Assembly: GCA_903904195.1 (NCBI GenBank)
Contig: CAIVBM010000008.1
Location: forward strand, 1 to 34,200
From: an uncultured bacterium
Lineage (GTDB): Bacteria > Patescibacteriota > Minisyncoccia > Phycocordibacterales > UBA9973
Length of the DNA: 34,200 bases
Direction of reading: 5' to 3'
In this document: piece by piece, positions 10,356-20,827 of the stretch
Layout of the letters: each line of letters starts with the position of its first letter
How positions within the stretch are numbered: position 1 is the first letter of the stretch
Program-made: the position numbers and the translations under genes
The notes under the pieces: generated by a model
The model's database searches: none
The model's input: the letters and a program-made list of their open reading frames with translations, nothing else
Told to the model about the DNA's origin: nothing

Positions 10356-11854
10356 ATAGCAATACAATCGTAGAAAACTTAAAAAAAGAGATAGAAAACT
10401 TTTCACTTCAAATGAAGGTTGAAAAGGTGGGTAAAGTCGTTGAGGTTTTTGATGGTATTGCGAAAGTTTCTGGACTTTCTGATATCAAATCTTCTGAAAT
10501 GGTGACTTTTCCAAACGGTGAGACAGGAGTAGCACTCAACCTCGAAGAAGATGCAGTCGGAGTTATTATCCTTGGTGATTTTTCTAAAATAAAAGAAGGT
10601 GATGAAGTCAAAGCAACAGGAAAAATTCTTGAAATTCCAGTAGGAGACAGTATTTTAGGCCGTGTAGTAAATGCTATCGGAGCGCCTATTGATGGTAAGG
10701 GAGCTATCAAGGCTTCAAAGACATATCCAATTGAAAAAGTGGCTCCAGGAGTCGTCACCAGACAGGCTGTGGATCAAGCCGTCGCTACTGGTATCAAAGT
10801 TATTGATGCCATTATTCCAGTCGGACGTGGACAACGTGAACTCATCATCGGCGACAGACAGACAGGAAAAACAGCTATCGCAATAGATGCTATTTTAAAC
10901 CAAAAAGGCCAAAACATGATTTGTGTTTATGTTTCTATCGGACAAAAAGATTCAAAACTTCGTAAATTAGGAGCACGATTGGAAGCTGGTGGTGCTATGG
11001 ATTACACAGTCATAGTTTCTGCCGGAGCATCTGAAGCAGCATCTATGTCATACATCGCTCCGTATGCTGGAGTATCTATTGCAGAATACTTTATGGATCA
11101 AGGAAAAGATGTGCTCATTATTTACGATGATCTTTCAAAGCACGCCGTGGCTTATCGTGAAATCTCTCTTCTCCTTCGCCGACCACCAGGACGTGAAGCA
11201 TATCCAGGAGACGTTTTCTATTTACACTCTCGTTTATTAGAACGAGCTTGTAGACGAAATGCTAAATATGGAGGTGGTTCTATCACTGCACTTCCTATAG
11301 TAGAGACACAAGCCGGTGACGTGTCTGCATATATTCCTACGAACGTTATTTCTATTACTGATGGACAGATTTTCTTGGAGACAGATCTTTTCTACAAAGG
11401 TATTCGTCCAGCAGTCAACGTCGGTCTTTCCGTCTCTCGTGTTGGTTCTAGTGCGCAAATAAAAGGAATGAAGAAAGTTGCTGGAACATTAAAACTTGAC
11501 CTTGCGCAGTTCCGTGAACTTGAAGCGTTTGCTCAATTCGGTTCAGACCTTGATGAGTCCACAAAGAAACAGCTTGAGCGTGGTAAAAGAGCTGTTGAAG
11601 TTTTGAAACAGCTTCAATATTCTCCTATTAAAATTGAGAATCAAATCGTTACTTTGTACGCTCTCACCAAGGGTTATATGGATGATGTTGCAATTGATAA
11701 GATAAAAGAATTTGAAAATGGACTTGTGGAATATTGTGAACGTCATGCAAAAGTTTTCTACAAAGAAATCAAAGAGTCCAAGATGTGGACAGACAAAGGT
11801 GAAATGGAATTAAAAAAGGCTATTGCGGATTTCAAAGTAGGCTTCAGTAAGTAA
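10352..11854 (+). CDS. atpA: ATP synthase F1 alpha subunit
   Basis: [38 protein letters not shown]. Confidence 0.99.
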   Translation: MNSNTIVENLKKEIENFSLQMKVEKVGKVVEVFDGIAKVSGLSDIKSSEMVTFPNGETGVALNLEEDAVGVIILGDFSKIKEGDEVKATGKILEIPVGDSILGRVVNAIGAPIDGKGAIKASKTYPIEKVAPGVVTRQAVDQAVATGIKVIDAIIPVGRGQRELIIGDRQTGKTAIAIDAILNQKGQNMICVYVSIGQKDSKLRKLGARLEAGGAMDYTVIVSAGASEAASMSYIAPYAGVSIAEYFMDQGKDVLIIYDDLSKHAVAYREISLLLRRPPGREAYPGDVFYLHSRLLERACRRNAKYGGGSITALPIVETQAGDVSAYIPTNVISITDGQIFLETDLFYKGIRPAVNVGLSVSRVGSSAQIKGMKKVAGTLKLDLAQFRELEAFAQFGSDLDESTKKQLERGKRAVEVLKQLQYSPIKIENQIVTLYALTKGYMDDVAIDKIKEFENGLVEYCERHAKVFYKEIKESKMWTDKGEMELKKAIADFKVGFSK

Positions 11855-11862
11855 AATAATTT

Positions 11863-12774
11863 ATGGCAGGGACAAAAGAAATCAAAAGAAGAATAAAGAG
11901 TGTGAAGAACACAAAAAAGATCACCAAAGCGATGGAGCTGGTGGCTGCTAGTAAGATGAAGCGAGCCGTTTCTTCTACTCTGGCTTCACGTTTATATGCA
12001 GGATATTCTTCTGAAATTCTTTCTTCTATAGCAAAAAATATCGAGGAAAATTACCACCCGCTTTTCACTGAAAGAGAAAAGAAGGGTGAAGAGAAAAAGA
12101 ATGTTTTACTCGTGCTTATTACTTCAAACAGAGGTTTGTGTGGAGCTTATAATGCGCAAGTTATAAAGAAAACCATTGCATTTTTAAAAAGTCAGAATAT
12201 AAATTTGGAAGTTGTTTCAGTCGGTAAAAAAGGAGATGTGGCAATGCGCAGACTAGGCATAAATGTTATCGCTTCTTTTACAGATTTGAGCGACAAGATT
12301 TCTTTATCTGAAATTCTTCCAATTTCAAAATTAACAATAGACGAATATACACTTCTTCATTACGATAAAATTTTAGTGGCTTACACTGATTTCGTTTCAG
12401 CTTTGACTCAAAGACCTAACATTAAACAAATCCTCCCCGTTTCTAAAATGAAAGTACAAGAACTGATAGATAATTTAGAAAAAGATAAATCCGGAGAAAA
12501 AGCAGAAGACAAAAAAGTAAATTATCTGATAGAGGGGGACATGGAAACACTTATCGGGTCACTTGCGGAAAAGATAACGAGGATGCAAATATATCAAATG
12601 TTTCTAGAATCAAATGCTTCAGAACAATCCAGTAGAATGATCGCCATGAAAAACGCCTCAGATGCTTCAGGAGAAATGATAGATGATTTGACTCTAATGT
12701 TTAACAAAGCAAGACAAAGCAACATTACAAGAGAGATATCGGAAATAAGCGCAGGTATGGCAAGTGTAAGTTAA
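11863..12774 (+). CDS. atpG: ATP synthase F1 gamma subunit
   Basis: KITKAMELVAASK, SNRGLCG, RQSNITREISEI. Confidence 0.98.
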   Translation: MAGTKEIKRRIKSVKNTKKITKAMELVAASKMKRAVSSTLASRLYAGYSSEILSSIAKNIEENYHPLFTEREKKGEEKKNVLLVLITSNRGLCGAYNAQVIKKTIAFLKSQNINLEVVSVGKKGDVAMRRLGINVIASFTDLSDKISLSEILPISKLTIDEYTLLHYDKILVAYTDFVSALTQRPNIKQILPVSKMKVQELIDNLEKDKSGEKAEDKKVNYLIEGDMETLIGSLAEKITRMQIYQMFLESNASEQSSRMIAMKNASDASGEMIDDLTLMFNKARQSNITREISEISAGMASVS

Positions 12775-12797
12775 TGATAGTATATTATAAATATGAA

Positions 12798-14404
<1,607 letters not shown>

Positions 14405-14412
14405 ATAATTTT

Positions 14413-14862
14413 ATGTCAACAAAACAATTAAAATTAAAAATAATCACTCCAGAACGACTTGTTTTGGAAGAAATGATAGACCAAGTCACTTTGCCAACCA
14501 TCGAAGGCGAAGTCACTATTTTGCCAGACCATATTCCCCTTATTGCTGGTTTGTCTTCAGGAGACATTGTGGCTTTTACCAGTGGTGAACATGTGCCGAT
14601 GGCTGTCGTGGGTGGATTTGTGGAAGTAAAGAAGAATAAAAATAAAATCACCGAAGTAGCCGTCTTGGCTGATTTTGCTGAAACTATGAACGAACTCTCC
14701 GAAGAAAAAATAGCTCAGGCAAAAGCTCGCGCCGAAGAATTGAAAAAGCAGATGGAAAACAAAGACCATGTTGACTTTGAACATTTCGAAGCCGAACTCG
14801 AACGTTCTCTCACTCGCATCAAAATTGCCGACAAATGGCGAACGAGAAAGTATAGGAAATAA
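14413..14862 (+). CDS. atpC: ATP synthase F1 epsilon subunit
   Basis: LKIITPER, GEVTILPDHIPLI, VVGGFVEV, C-terminal helical hairpin. Confidence 0.96.
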   Translation: MSTKQLKLKIITPERLVLEEMIDQVTLPTIEGEVTILPDHIPLIAGLSSGDIVAFTSGEHVPMAVVGGFVEVKKNKNKITEVAVLADFAETMNELSEEKIAQAKARAEELKKQMENKDHVDFEHFEAELERSLTRIKIADKWRTRKYRK

Positions 14863-14977
14863 AACCTTATATTTGCTTGATTTTTTAATTTTTTAGTGAT
14901 AGTTTCAACTCGAAGGCGTTTGTTCAAGCCTTGTGGCTTTTTGTCAATTTAAACAACCAACACAAGAAGGGGTAAAT

Positions 14978-16021
14978 ATGAATATGAGACAAGGGTTAGA
15001 GCTTAGGCAGGTTCCAACAACGTTCATCATCGGTGATAGTTTGCATGCGAGGCATATGCGTCGTTTTGCCAAACGATTAGCGGGGACAACGTATCCGGTT
15101 CTTATAAGCGGGGAAACCGGAGTGGGAAAAGAAGTTGCCGCCATGGAGATTCACAGGCACGAGCAATCAGATGTTCCATTTGTTCCGGTGAATTGCTCTG
15201 CTCTCAGCCGTGATCTTTTTGAGAGCGAAATGTTTGGTCATAGGAAGGGTTCGTTTACGGGTGCAGTTGATGACAGGGAAGGTTTCCTAGAGTCGGCCGG
15301 AGATGGAATGGTTTTTCTTGATGAAGTAGGGACTTTGTCTCTTGCTTTACAAGTGAAACTCCTTCGCGTTCTGCAGGATGGAAAATTCAATCCGGTTGGT
15401 GAAAGGCGGCAGATTCAAATGAAAGCTAGAGTTGTTGCCGCGACCAATATCGACCTGCAAGAGTCAATACGGAAAGGAGAGTTTCGTTCGGATCTCTTCT
15501 ACCGTCTGAACGTAATCCTGTTCAATGTCCCACCCTTACGAAAGCGCTTGGAGGACTTGCCGTTGCTCGTTGAGTACTTTCTTCAAAAGGAGGGTTTGTC
15601 GAAAAAGTTTACGGCGAGCGCCTTAGTAGCAATGGGCAGCTATGACTGGCCGGGCAATATCCGCCAACTTGGAAACATTGTCCGCCGAGCAGTGTTCTTG
15701 GCTGATGAATGTGAACAGGTTGGTGTAGAACACATTAAGCTGTGCATCGAAGAAGCTGGGACGGACGGCGACGGAAGTAGTAAGAATGTTTGTCCTGATT
15801 CTTTTGTTGAGAAAGCTGCAACTAACGGAAGGTTTCCAACCTTACGGGAAGTGAAGAAGGTCTACTTGTGCGAACTTCTTAAACGAACCGGAGGAAACAT
15901 GACAAGAAGTAGTCGAATATCAGGTTTGACACTCAGGTCAATGAGAAATTGGGTTAGGTCGTTTGGTTTAAAAGATCTAGTTCGCTCAATCAAGAAAGAA
16001 GTAGAAGAAAAATTCACATAA
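14978..16021 (+). CDS. Sigma54-interaction AAA+ protein (bEBP, NtrC/PspF-like) with Fis-type HTH and no sensor domain
   Basis: Walker A GETGVGKE, ESEMFGHRKGSFTGA, Walker B FLDE, FRSDLFYRL, WPGNIRQL, C-terminal HTH; SD-like AAGGGG before ATG 14978. Confidence 0.92.
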   Translation: MNMRQGLELRQVPTTFIIGDSLHARHMRRFAKRLAGTTYPVLISGETGVGKEVAAMEIHRHEQSDVPFVPVNCSALSRDLFESEMFGHRKGSFTGAVDDREGFLESAGDGMVFLDEVGTLSLALQVKLLRVLQDGKFNPVGERRQIQMKARVVAATNIDLQESIRKGEFRSDLFYRLNVILFNVPPLRKRLEDLPLLVEYFLQKEGLSKKFTASALVAMGSYDWPGNIRQLGNIVRRAVFLADECEQVGVEHIKLCIEEAGTDGDGSSKNVCPDSFVEKAATNGRFPTLREVKKVYLCELLKRTGGNMTRSSRISGLTLRSMRNWVRSFGLKDLVRSIKKEVEEKFT

Positions 16022-16037
16022 CAGAAAGGAAAATATT

Positions 16038-16082
16038 CAAGAACCGGAAAAGGACGCAGGCGCGGCCGCCGGTTCTTTTTCA
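16038..16082 (+). terminator. Probable terminator after the bEBP gene
   Basis: AAGAACCGG...CCGGTTCTT followed by T tract. Confidence 0.55.
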
Positions 16083-16116
16083 TTTGTGTTATAGTATAAT
16101 CGTTTAATAAAATAAC

Positions 16117-16821
16117 ATGTCAAAATTTTACGTTGTGGCGACGCCGATAGGAAACATGGGGGACATCACGTTTCGCGCGATTGAGACGCTGAAGGGCGTG
16201 GATTTGATATTATGCGAAGATACTCGGCAGACTAAAAAAATTTTGGAAAAATACGCAATAAACAAGGAGACTCTGAGCTATCCGTCAGACGATGTGGCGG
16301 GGAAGGGTTATGTGTTCGGCAAGAATGAAAAATTAGATAAAATTTTCAGGCTTTTATACGAAGGTAAAAATCTGGCGCTGGTGTCAGACGCCGGCACGCC
16401 CACAATATCCGATCCGGGCGCGATGCTTGTTTCTAAAATAAAAGAAAAATTTACAAATGAAGAAGTGCAAGTGATTCCGATTCCCGGAGCGTCAGCCGTG
16501 ATAGCCGCACTCTCGGCTTCCGGATTGCCGACTCACGAATTTACTTTTCTGGGATTTCTTCCGCACAAAAAAGGCAGAGAAACTCTGTTTAAGGAAATCG
16601 CAATTTCCGAGCGCACGATGGTATTTTATGAATCTCCGCACAGGATTTTGAAAACTTTAGAATCGCTTGTGAAATTTTGCCCAGATAAAAAAATCTGCGT
16701 CGCCCGCGAACTGACAAAAATTTACGAGGAATTCAAAACAGGCACACCGGTAGAAATTCTAGAATATTTTAATAAGAATACCGAAAAGCAAAGAGGTGAG
16801 TTTACCGTTATTGTCTCCTAA
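16117..16821 (+). CDS. rsmI: 16S rRNA C1402 2'-O-methyltransferase
   Basis: YVVATPIGN, CEDTR, LVSDAGTPTISDPG, FYESPHR, ARELTK. Confidence 0.96.
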   Translation: MSKFYVVATPIGNMGDITFRAIETLKGVDLILCEDTRQTKKILEKYAINKETLSYPSDDVAGKGYVFGKNEKLDKIFRLLYEGKNLALVSDAGTPTISDPGAMLVSKIKEKFTNEEVQVIPIPGASAVIAALSASGLPTHEFTFLGFLPHKKGRETLFKEIAISERTMVFYESPHRILKTLESLVKFCPDKKICVARELTKIYEEFKTGTPVEILEYFNKNTEKQRGEFTVIVS

Positions 16822-16851
16822 AAATAGCTAGGCAAGACCTAGCTATTTTTA
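16819..16851. terminator. REP-like palindrome and bidirectional terminator spanning the stop codons of two convergent genes
   Basis: TAAAAATAGCTAGG-CAAGA-CCTAGCTATTTTTA; same core recurs at 18677-18701. Confidence 0.8.
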
Positions 16852-17172
16852 TTTATTCAAATTGTGCTTCAGACATGTAATGATAGACCAATCAAATTTT
16901 CCCTTGGACGCGAGGTATTTCATTTTGTCTAAAGCCCAGATAGCGTCGTCTAGGACTTCATTACAAGCTTGGTAGAGCATCTTTGCTTCTTTTGCTAATT
17001 TATTATATGCATATCTACCGGTGTAAAAATCTTTTGGCATTTTTTCCCAACCATTCATTTTATAATAACAATTCACGATTTCATGAACAGGGTTTACGGC
17101 AGATTTGTGTTTTTGTAAGTTGGCTAAATATCCTGCAAACGGGTTCTTTAGATTGTTTTCTATGTCATTCAT
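16849..17172 (-). CDS. Hypothetical protein (107 aa)
   Basis: Fills the gap between rsmI and mreB; TGcTAAAAT box 6 nt before ATG. Confidence 0.7.
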   Translation of the reverse strand: MNDIENNLKNPFAGYLANLQKHKSAVNPVHEIVNCYYKMNGWEKMPKDFYTGRYAYNKLAKEAKMLYQACNEVLDDAIWALDKMKYLASKGKFDWSIITCLKHNLNK

Positions 17173-17208
17173 CCTTTGATTTTAGCATAAATATGATAAC
17201 ATAGGCTC

Positions 17209-18222
17209 ATGGGTATTTTCACTAAAAAATTAGGCATAGATTTGGGAACAGCCAACACCTTGGTTTTTTTACCTGGCAAAGGAATTATCCTAAACGAGCC
17301 TTCTGTCGTAGCTGTTTCTGAACAAGACAATAAAATTCTAGCTATTGGTTTTGAAGCAAAAGACATGATAGGTAAAACTCCAGAATCCATCATCACTTAT
17401 TGTCCGATGAAAGACGGAGTGATAGCGGACTATAGAGTGACAGAGGCGATGCTTCGTTATTTTATAAATAAAGCGATGGGAAAGTTTAATTTATTTAAAC
17501 CTGATGTGATGGTTTCTGTTCCAGCTGGAGTCACGAGTACAGAAAGACGAGCCGTGATTGAGGCAGCAATTCGCGCTGGAGCAAAGAATGCTTATGTGGT
17601 TAAAGAGCCCATCTTGGCAGCTATCGGTGCAGGGATTCCTATTTATGAATCTAGAGGTCATATGGTGGTAGACATAGGTGGAGGTACGACGGACGTGGCG
17701 GTGATATCTCTCGGAGGAATAGTGTCCTCAAAGTCTGTGAAATGTGCTGGAAATAAAATAGATGCTGCGATAGCTGATTACATCAAGAAAACTTTTAATC
17801 TTGCGATAGGTGACAGGACGGCTGAAGAAGTCAAAATCAAAATCGGTGCAGCAGTTTTGCTCGAAGAAGAATTGAGTGTGACGATAAAAGGACGAGATTT
17901 CATTCAAGGCTTGCCTCGTTCAGCGCGAGTGGGTACAAATGAAATAGTGCGCGCAATAGACGGAGAATTAAAACAAATTATCAAGGCTATTAAAGATGTG
18001 TTGCAAGAAACTCCGCCAGAACTAGCTTCAGATATTATTGATCAAGGTATCATTATGACTGGAGGTTCTTCTCAATTACGAAATTTCACTGACTTGGTTT
18101 ATCGTAAGACAGGGGTAAAGGCGATGCTAGCCGAAGATCCTCTATTTTGTGTGGTTAAAGGCACGGGTATAGCTCTAGAACATTTGGATGTGTATAAGAA
18201 AGCTGTTTTAAGTAAAAAATAA
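17209..18222 (+). CDS. mreB: Rod shape-determining protein MreB/Mbl
   Basis: GIDLGTANT, EPSVVA, DIGGGTT, TGGSSQL. Confidence 0.97.
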   Translation: MGIFTKKLGIDLGTANTLVFLPGKGIILNEPSVVAVSEQDNKILAIGFEAKDMIGKTPESIITYCPMKDGVIADYRVTEAMLRYFINKAMGKFNLFKPDVMVSVPAGVTSTERRAVIEAAIRAGAKNAYVVKEPILAAIGAGIPIYESRGHMVVDIGGGTTDVAVISLGGIVSSKSVKCAGNKIDAAIADYIKKTFNLAIGDRTAEEVKIKIGAAVLLEEELSVTIKGRDFIQGLPRSARVGTNEIVRAIDGELKQIIKAIKDVLQETPPELASDIIDQGIIMTGGSSQLRNFTDLVYRKTGVKAMLAEDPLFCVVKGTGIALEHLDVYKKAVLSKK

Positions 18223-18225
18223 GTT

Positions 18226-18291
18226 CTTTAAAAATTTGAAATAATACTTTTAAAAACCCGCTTTTAAAAGCACTATTTCAAATTTTTAAAG
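18226..18291. repeat. Core-less relative of family 1 (arms only)
   Basis: Perfect 18-bp IR CTTTAAAAATTTGAAATA/TATTTCAAATTTTTAAAG plus CTTTTAAAA/TTTTAAAAG; arms align with those of 9304-9462. Confidence 0.75.
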
Positions 18292-18299
18292 CCAAGATT

Positions 18300-19070
18300 A
18301 TGCTTTCAAAACATTTAGATAAAAATAATTTACATCACGCATATCTCATAGAAGGAGATAGGGAAAAAGTTGTTCCTGAAATTTTAAAATTTTGTGAAAG
18401 CTTGGATATAAAGACTTCTGGCAATCCTGACTTTTGTCATATATCAATTGATAATTTTAAAATTGAAGAAGCTTTAAATCTTCGTGGTATGGGAAGTAAT
18501 AAAGGTTTTTCTCAAGGTAAAAAAGTATTTATTGTCAGTTCAAATAGTTTTACTCTTGATGCTCAAGGCACGTTGTTAAAGATGTTTGAAGAGCCGATAG
18601 AAAATACGCATTTTTTCTTAGTTATGCCTGACACGAGTTCTCTTTTAAAAACTCTTATTTCAAGGTTTTACCTAATTTCAGCTAGGCAAGGCCTAGCTGA
18701 AGAAGAGATAAAAGATGCAGAGAAATTTATTAGTATGCCCTTAAGAAACAGAATTGATTTTATTAAAGAATTATTAATTGAATCTGAAAATGAAGACGGA
18801 GAGGGTAATGAAATAGTTGCTCTAGATTCTACTCGTTCAAAAGCCTTAAAATTTTTAAATGCACTCGAAAGTTCTATGCAAAACAAGTTTCTAAAAAATT
18901 ATTCAGGCTTAACCCTTCCCGGAGTACCGGTTGGGACCCACACCGTTCAAAATTCTTTAGAAACTTGTTTTGCGCACATTTTTAAAGTTCGTGAGTTTCT
19001 ACGAATGCCAGGAAGCTCAGCAAAAACTTTGATGGAATCGGTGGCTTTGATTATTCCAGAGAAAATATGA
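18300..19070 (+). CDS. DNA polymerase III delta-prime-like protein (degenerate HolB) carrying palindromic insertions
   Basis: HHAYLIEG, NPDF, AQGTLLKMFEEP, LLKTLISRF. Confidence 0.75.
   Translation: MLSKHLDKNNLHHAYLIEGDREKVVPEILKFCESLDIKTSGNPDFCHISIDNFKIEEALNLRGMGSNKGFSQGKKVFIVSSNSFTLDAQGTLLKMFEEPIENTHFFLVMPDTSSLLKTLISRFYLISARQGLAEEEIKDAEKFISMPLRNRIDFIKELLIESENEDGEGNEIVALDSTRSKALKFLNALESSMQNKFLKNYSGLTLPGVPVGTHTVQNSLETCFAHIFKVREFLRMPGSSAKTLMESVALIIPEKI
18677..18701. repeat. REP-like palindrome inside coding sequence (encodes SARQGLAE)
   Basis: TTCAGCTAGG-CAAGG-CCTAGCTGAA; core shared with 16819-16851. Confidence 0.8.
18878..18973. repeat. Family 2 hairpin element, copy C, in-frame inside the holB-like gene
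   Basis: 23-bp IR (1 mismatch) GCAAAACAAGTTTCTAAAAAATT/AATTCTTTAGAAACTTGTTTTGC around CCCTTC-CCGG-AGTA-CCGG-TT-GGGACCC; 96 nt. Confidence 0.85.
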
Positions 19071-19082
19071 TATAGTAGGACC

Positions 19083-19634
19083 ATGCAATATAATTTTTCA
19101 GTTTTTAAGACAGAATTAAAAAAAGTAGGAGATTTTCTGGCTAAAGAATACAGCCAATTAAACATAGGCCGAGCTTCACCGATGGTGCTAGATGGTGTGT
19201 CTGTGGAGTCTTATGGTTCTCGTGTTCCGTTAAAAAATGTTGCAAATATAAACATTGAAGATCCAAAGACTTTACGCATTGCGCCTTGGGATAAAAGTCA
19301 GGTTAAGGAAATAGAAAAAGCGATTGTGGCTTCTAACCTCGGATTGTCTGTGGCTACTGATGACCTAGGTATCAGAGTTATTTTTCCTCAATTGACTACA
19401 GAGACAAGGCAATCACTCGTAAAAGTGCTTAAAGAAAAATTAGAAGAACAGAGGATTACCGTACGTCGAGAACGAGAACGAATTTGGAAAGATGTTGAAG
19501 ATAAAGAAAAATCAGGTAAATTGACTGAAGATGAAAAATTTAAGGCAAAAAATGAATTGCAAAAAATTATTGATGAAATAAATAGAAATCTAGAAACAAA
19601 TTTTGAGAAAAAACAAAAAGAAGTGATGGGGTAG
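19083..19634 (+). CDS. frr: Ribosome recycling factor
   Basis: IGRASP, YGSRVPL, IAPWDK, PQLTTETR. Confidence 0.95.
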   Translation: MQYNFSVFKTELKKVGDFLAKEYSQLNIGRASPMVLDGVSVESYGSRVPLKNVANINIEDPKTLRIAPWDKSQVKEIEKAIVASNLGLSVATDDLGIRVIFPQLTTETRQSLVKVLKEKLEEQRITVRRERERIWKDVEDKEKSGKLTEDEKFKAKNELQKIIDEINRNLETNFEKKQKEVMG

Positions 19635-19638
19635 AGAC

Positions 19639-19671
19639 AATTACGAATTAATAATTACGAATTAGGAATTG
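19639..19671. repeat. Heptamer tandem repeat (AATTACG-type) in the frr-rseP spacer
   Basis: AATTACG AATTAAT AATTACG AATTAGG AATTG. Confidence 0.75.
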
Positions 19672-20769
19672 AATATCGTTATATTTATAATAATACTTCT
19701 CGTTCTCGTACTCGTCCACGAGTTTGGGCATTTTTTTACTGCAAAAAAGTTTGGAATTCGTGTGGATGAATTTGGTTTTGGTTTTCCGCCGAAAGTTTTT
19801 GGCTATAAATATGGAGAAACAGAATATAGCCTTAATCTGTTACCCATAGGTGGTTTCGTTAAAATTTTTGGTGAAGATCCTAATGAAGAAAATACAAATG
19901 GACTAGATGCCGGTAGAAGTTTTGTAAATAAAGCAAAATGGAAACAAGCGATAGTTTTGTGCGCAGGGGTAATTGCAAATCTTTTACTTGCATGGCTGTT
20001 ATTTTCTATTGGTTTTATGTCCGGACTTCCGACATCCGTTAGTGGAGAATCAGCTGGTTATAAGTTAGACAATATCAATCTGACTGTTGTTTCCGTCTTA
20101 GAAAAATCTCCCGCTCAAATGGCTGGGCTTAGGTCTGGTGATAAGATCGTTACTCTTGCAAATGGTAAAGATTCTGTTTCGGATATAAATCCGGATACTT
20201 TAAAATCTTTCATTCTTTCTCATGGTAATAAAGAAATTAATATTGGATATATGCGTGGACAAAATAAAGAAATTATTTCCACTGTTATTATTCCAACGAT
20301 AAATAAGACAAATAAACAGCCAGAAATAGGCATATCTATGGACATGATCGGTACGGTCAAATTACCCTTTTTTACAGCACTTAAAGAGGGAATGGCTCTG
20401 ACTTGGTTTATCACTAAAGGCACTGTTTTAGGGCTTTATACGCTTATTGTAGAGGGTTTACAGGGTAAAGGTAGCTTTTCATCGGTTACCGGACCCGTCG
20501 GGATGGTAGGCATTGTGGGTGATGCTTATCAATTTGGTTTTGTCTATCTTTTGTCTTTTATGGCTCTCATTTCCATTAATCTTGCAGTTATAAATTTATT
20601 GCCATTTCCGGCGCTTGATGGCGGAAGACTTTTCTTTTTATTAATTGAAAAAATTAAAGGTTCGCGGATAAATCCTAAAATTGCCAACACTGTGAATATG
20701 ATCGGTTTCTGTATTTTGATAATTTTAATGCTGGCTGTCACCTATCATGATGTTGTGAAGTTGCTCTGA
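19669..20769 (+). CDS. rseP: RIP metalloprotease RseP (site-2 protease with PDZ domain)
   Basis: HEFGH, FGFGF, PIGGFV, PDZ, NLLPFPALDGG; TTG start. Confidence 0.95.
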   Translation: MNIVIFIIILLVLVLVHEFGHFFTAKKFGIRVDEFGFGFPPKVFGYKYGETEYSLNLLPIGGFVKIFGEDPNEENTNGLDAGRSFVNKAKWKQAIVLCAGVIANLLLAWLLFSIGFMSGLPTSVSGESAGYKLDNINLTVVSVLEKSPAQMAGLRSGDKIVTLANGKDSVSDINPDTLKSFILSHGNKEINIGYMRGQNKEIISTVIIPTINKTNKQPEIGISMDMIGTVKLPFFTALKEGMALTWFITKGTVLGLYTLIVEGLQGKGSFSSVTGPVGMVGIVGDAYQFGFVYLLSFMALISINLAVINLLPFPALDGGRLFFLLIEKIKGSRINPKIANTVNMIGFCILIILMLAVTYHDVVKLL

Positions 20770-20821
20770 CCTCTCCCTAACCCTCTCCTTAATAAGGAGA
20801 GGGGAAAGAAAGGGGTGAGGT
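20769..20821. repeat. Pyrimidine/purine REP-like nested hairpin
   Basis: CCCTCTCCTT-AAT-AAGGAGAGGG inside an imperfect outer stem ACCTCTCCCT/AGGGGTGAGGT. Confidence 0.75.
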
Positions 20822-20827
20822 GAATTT

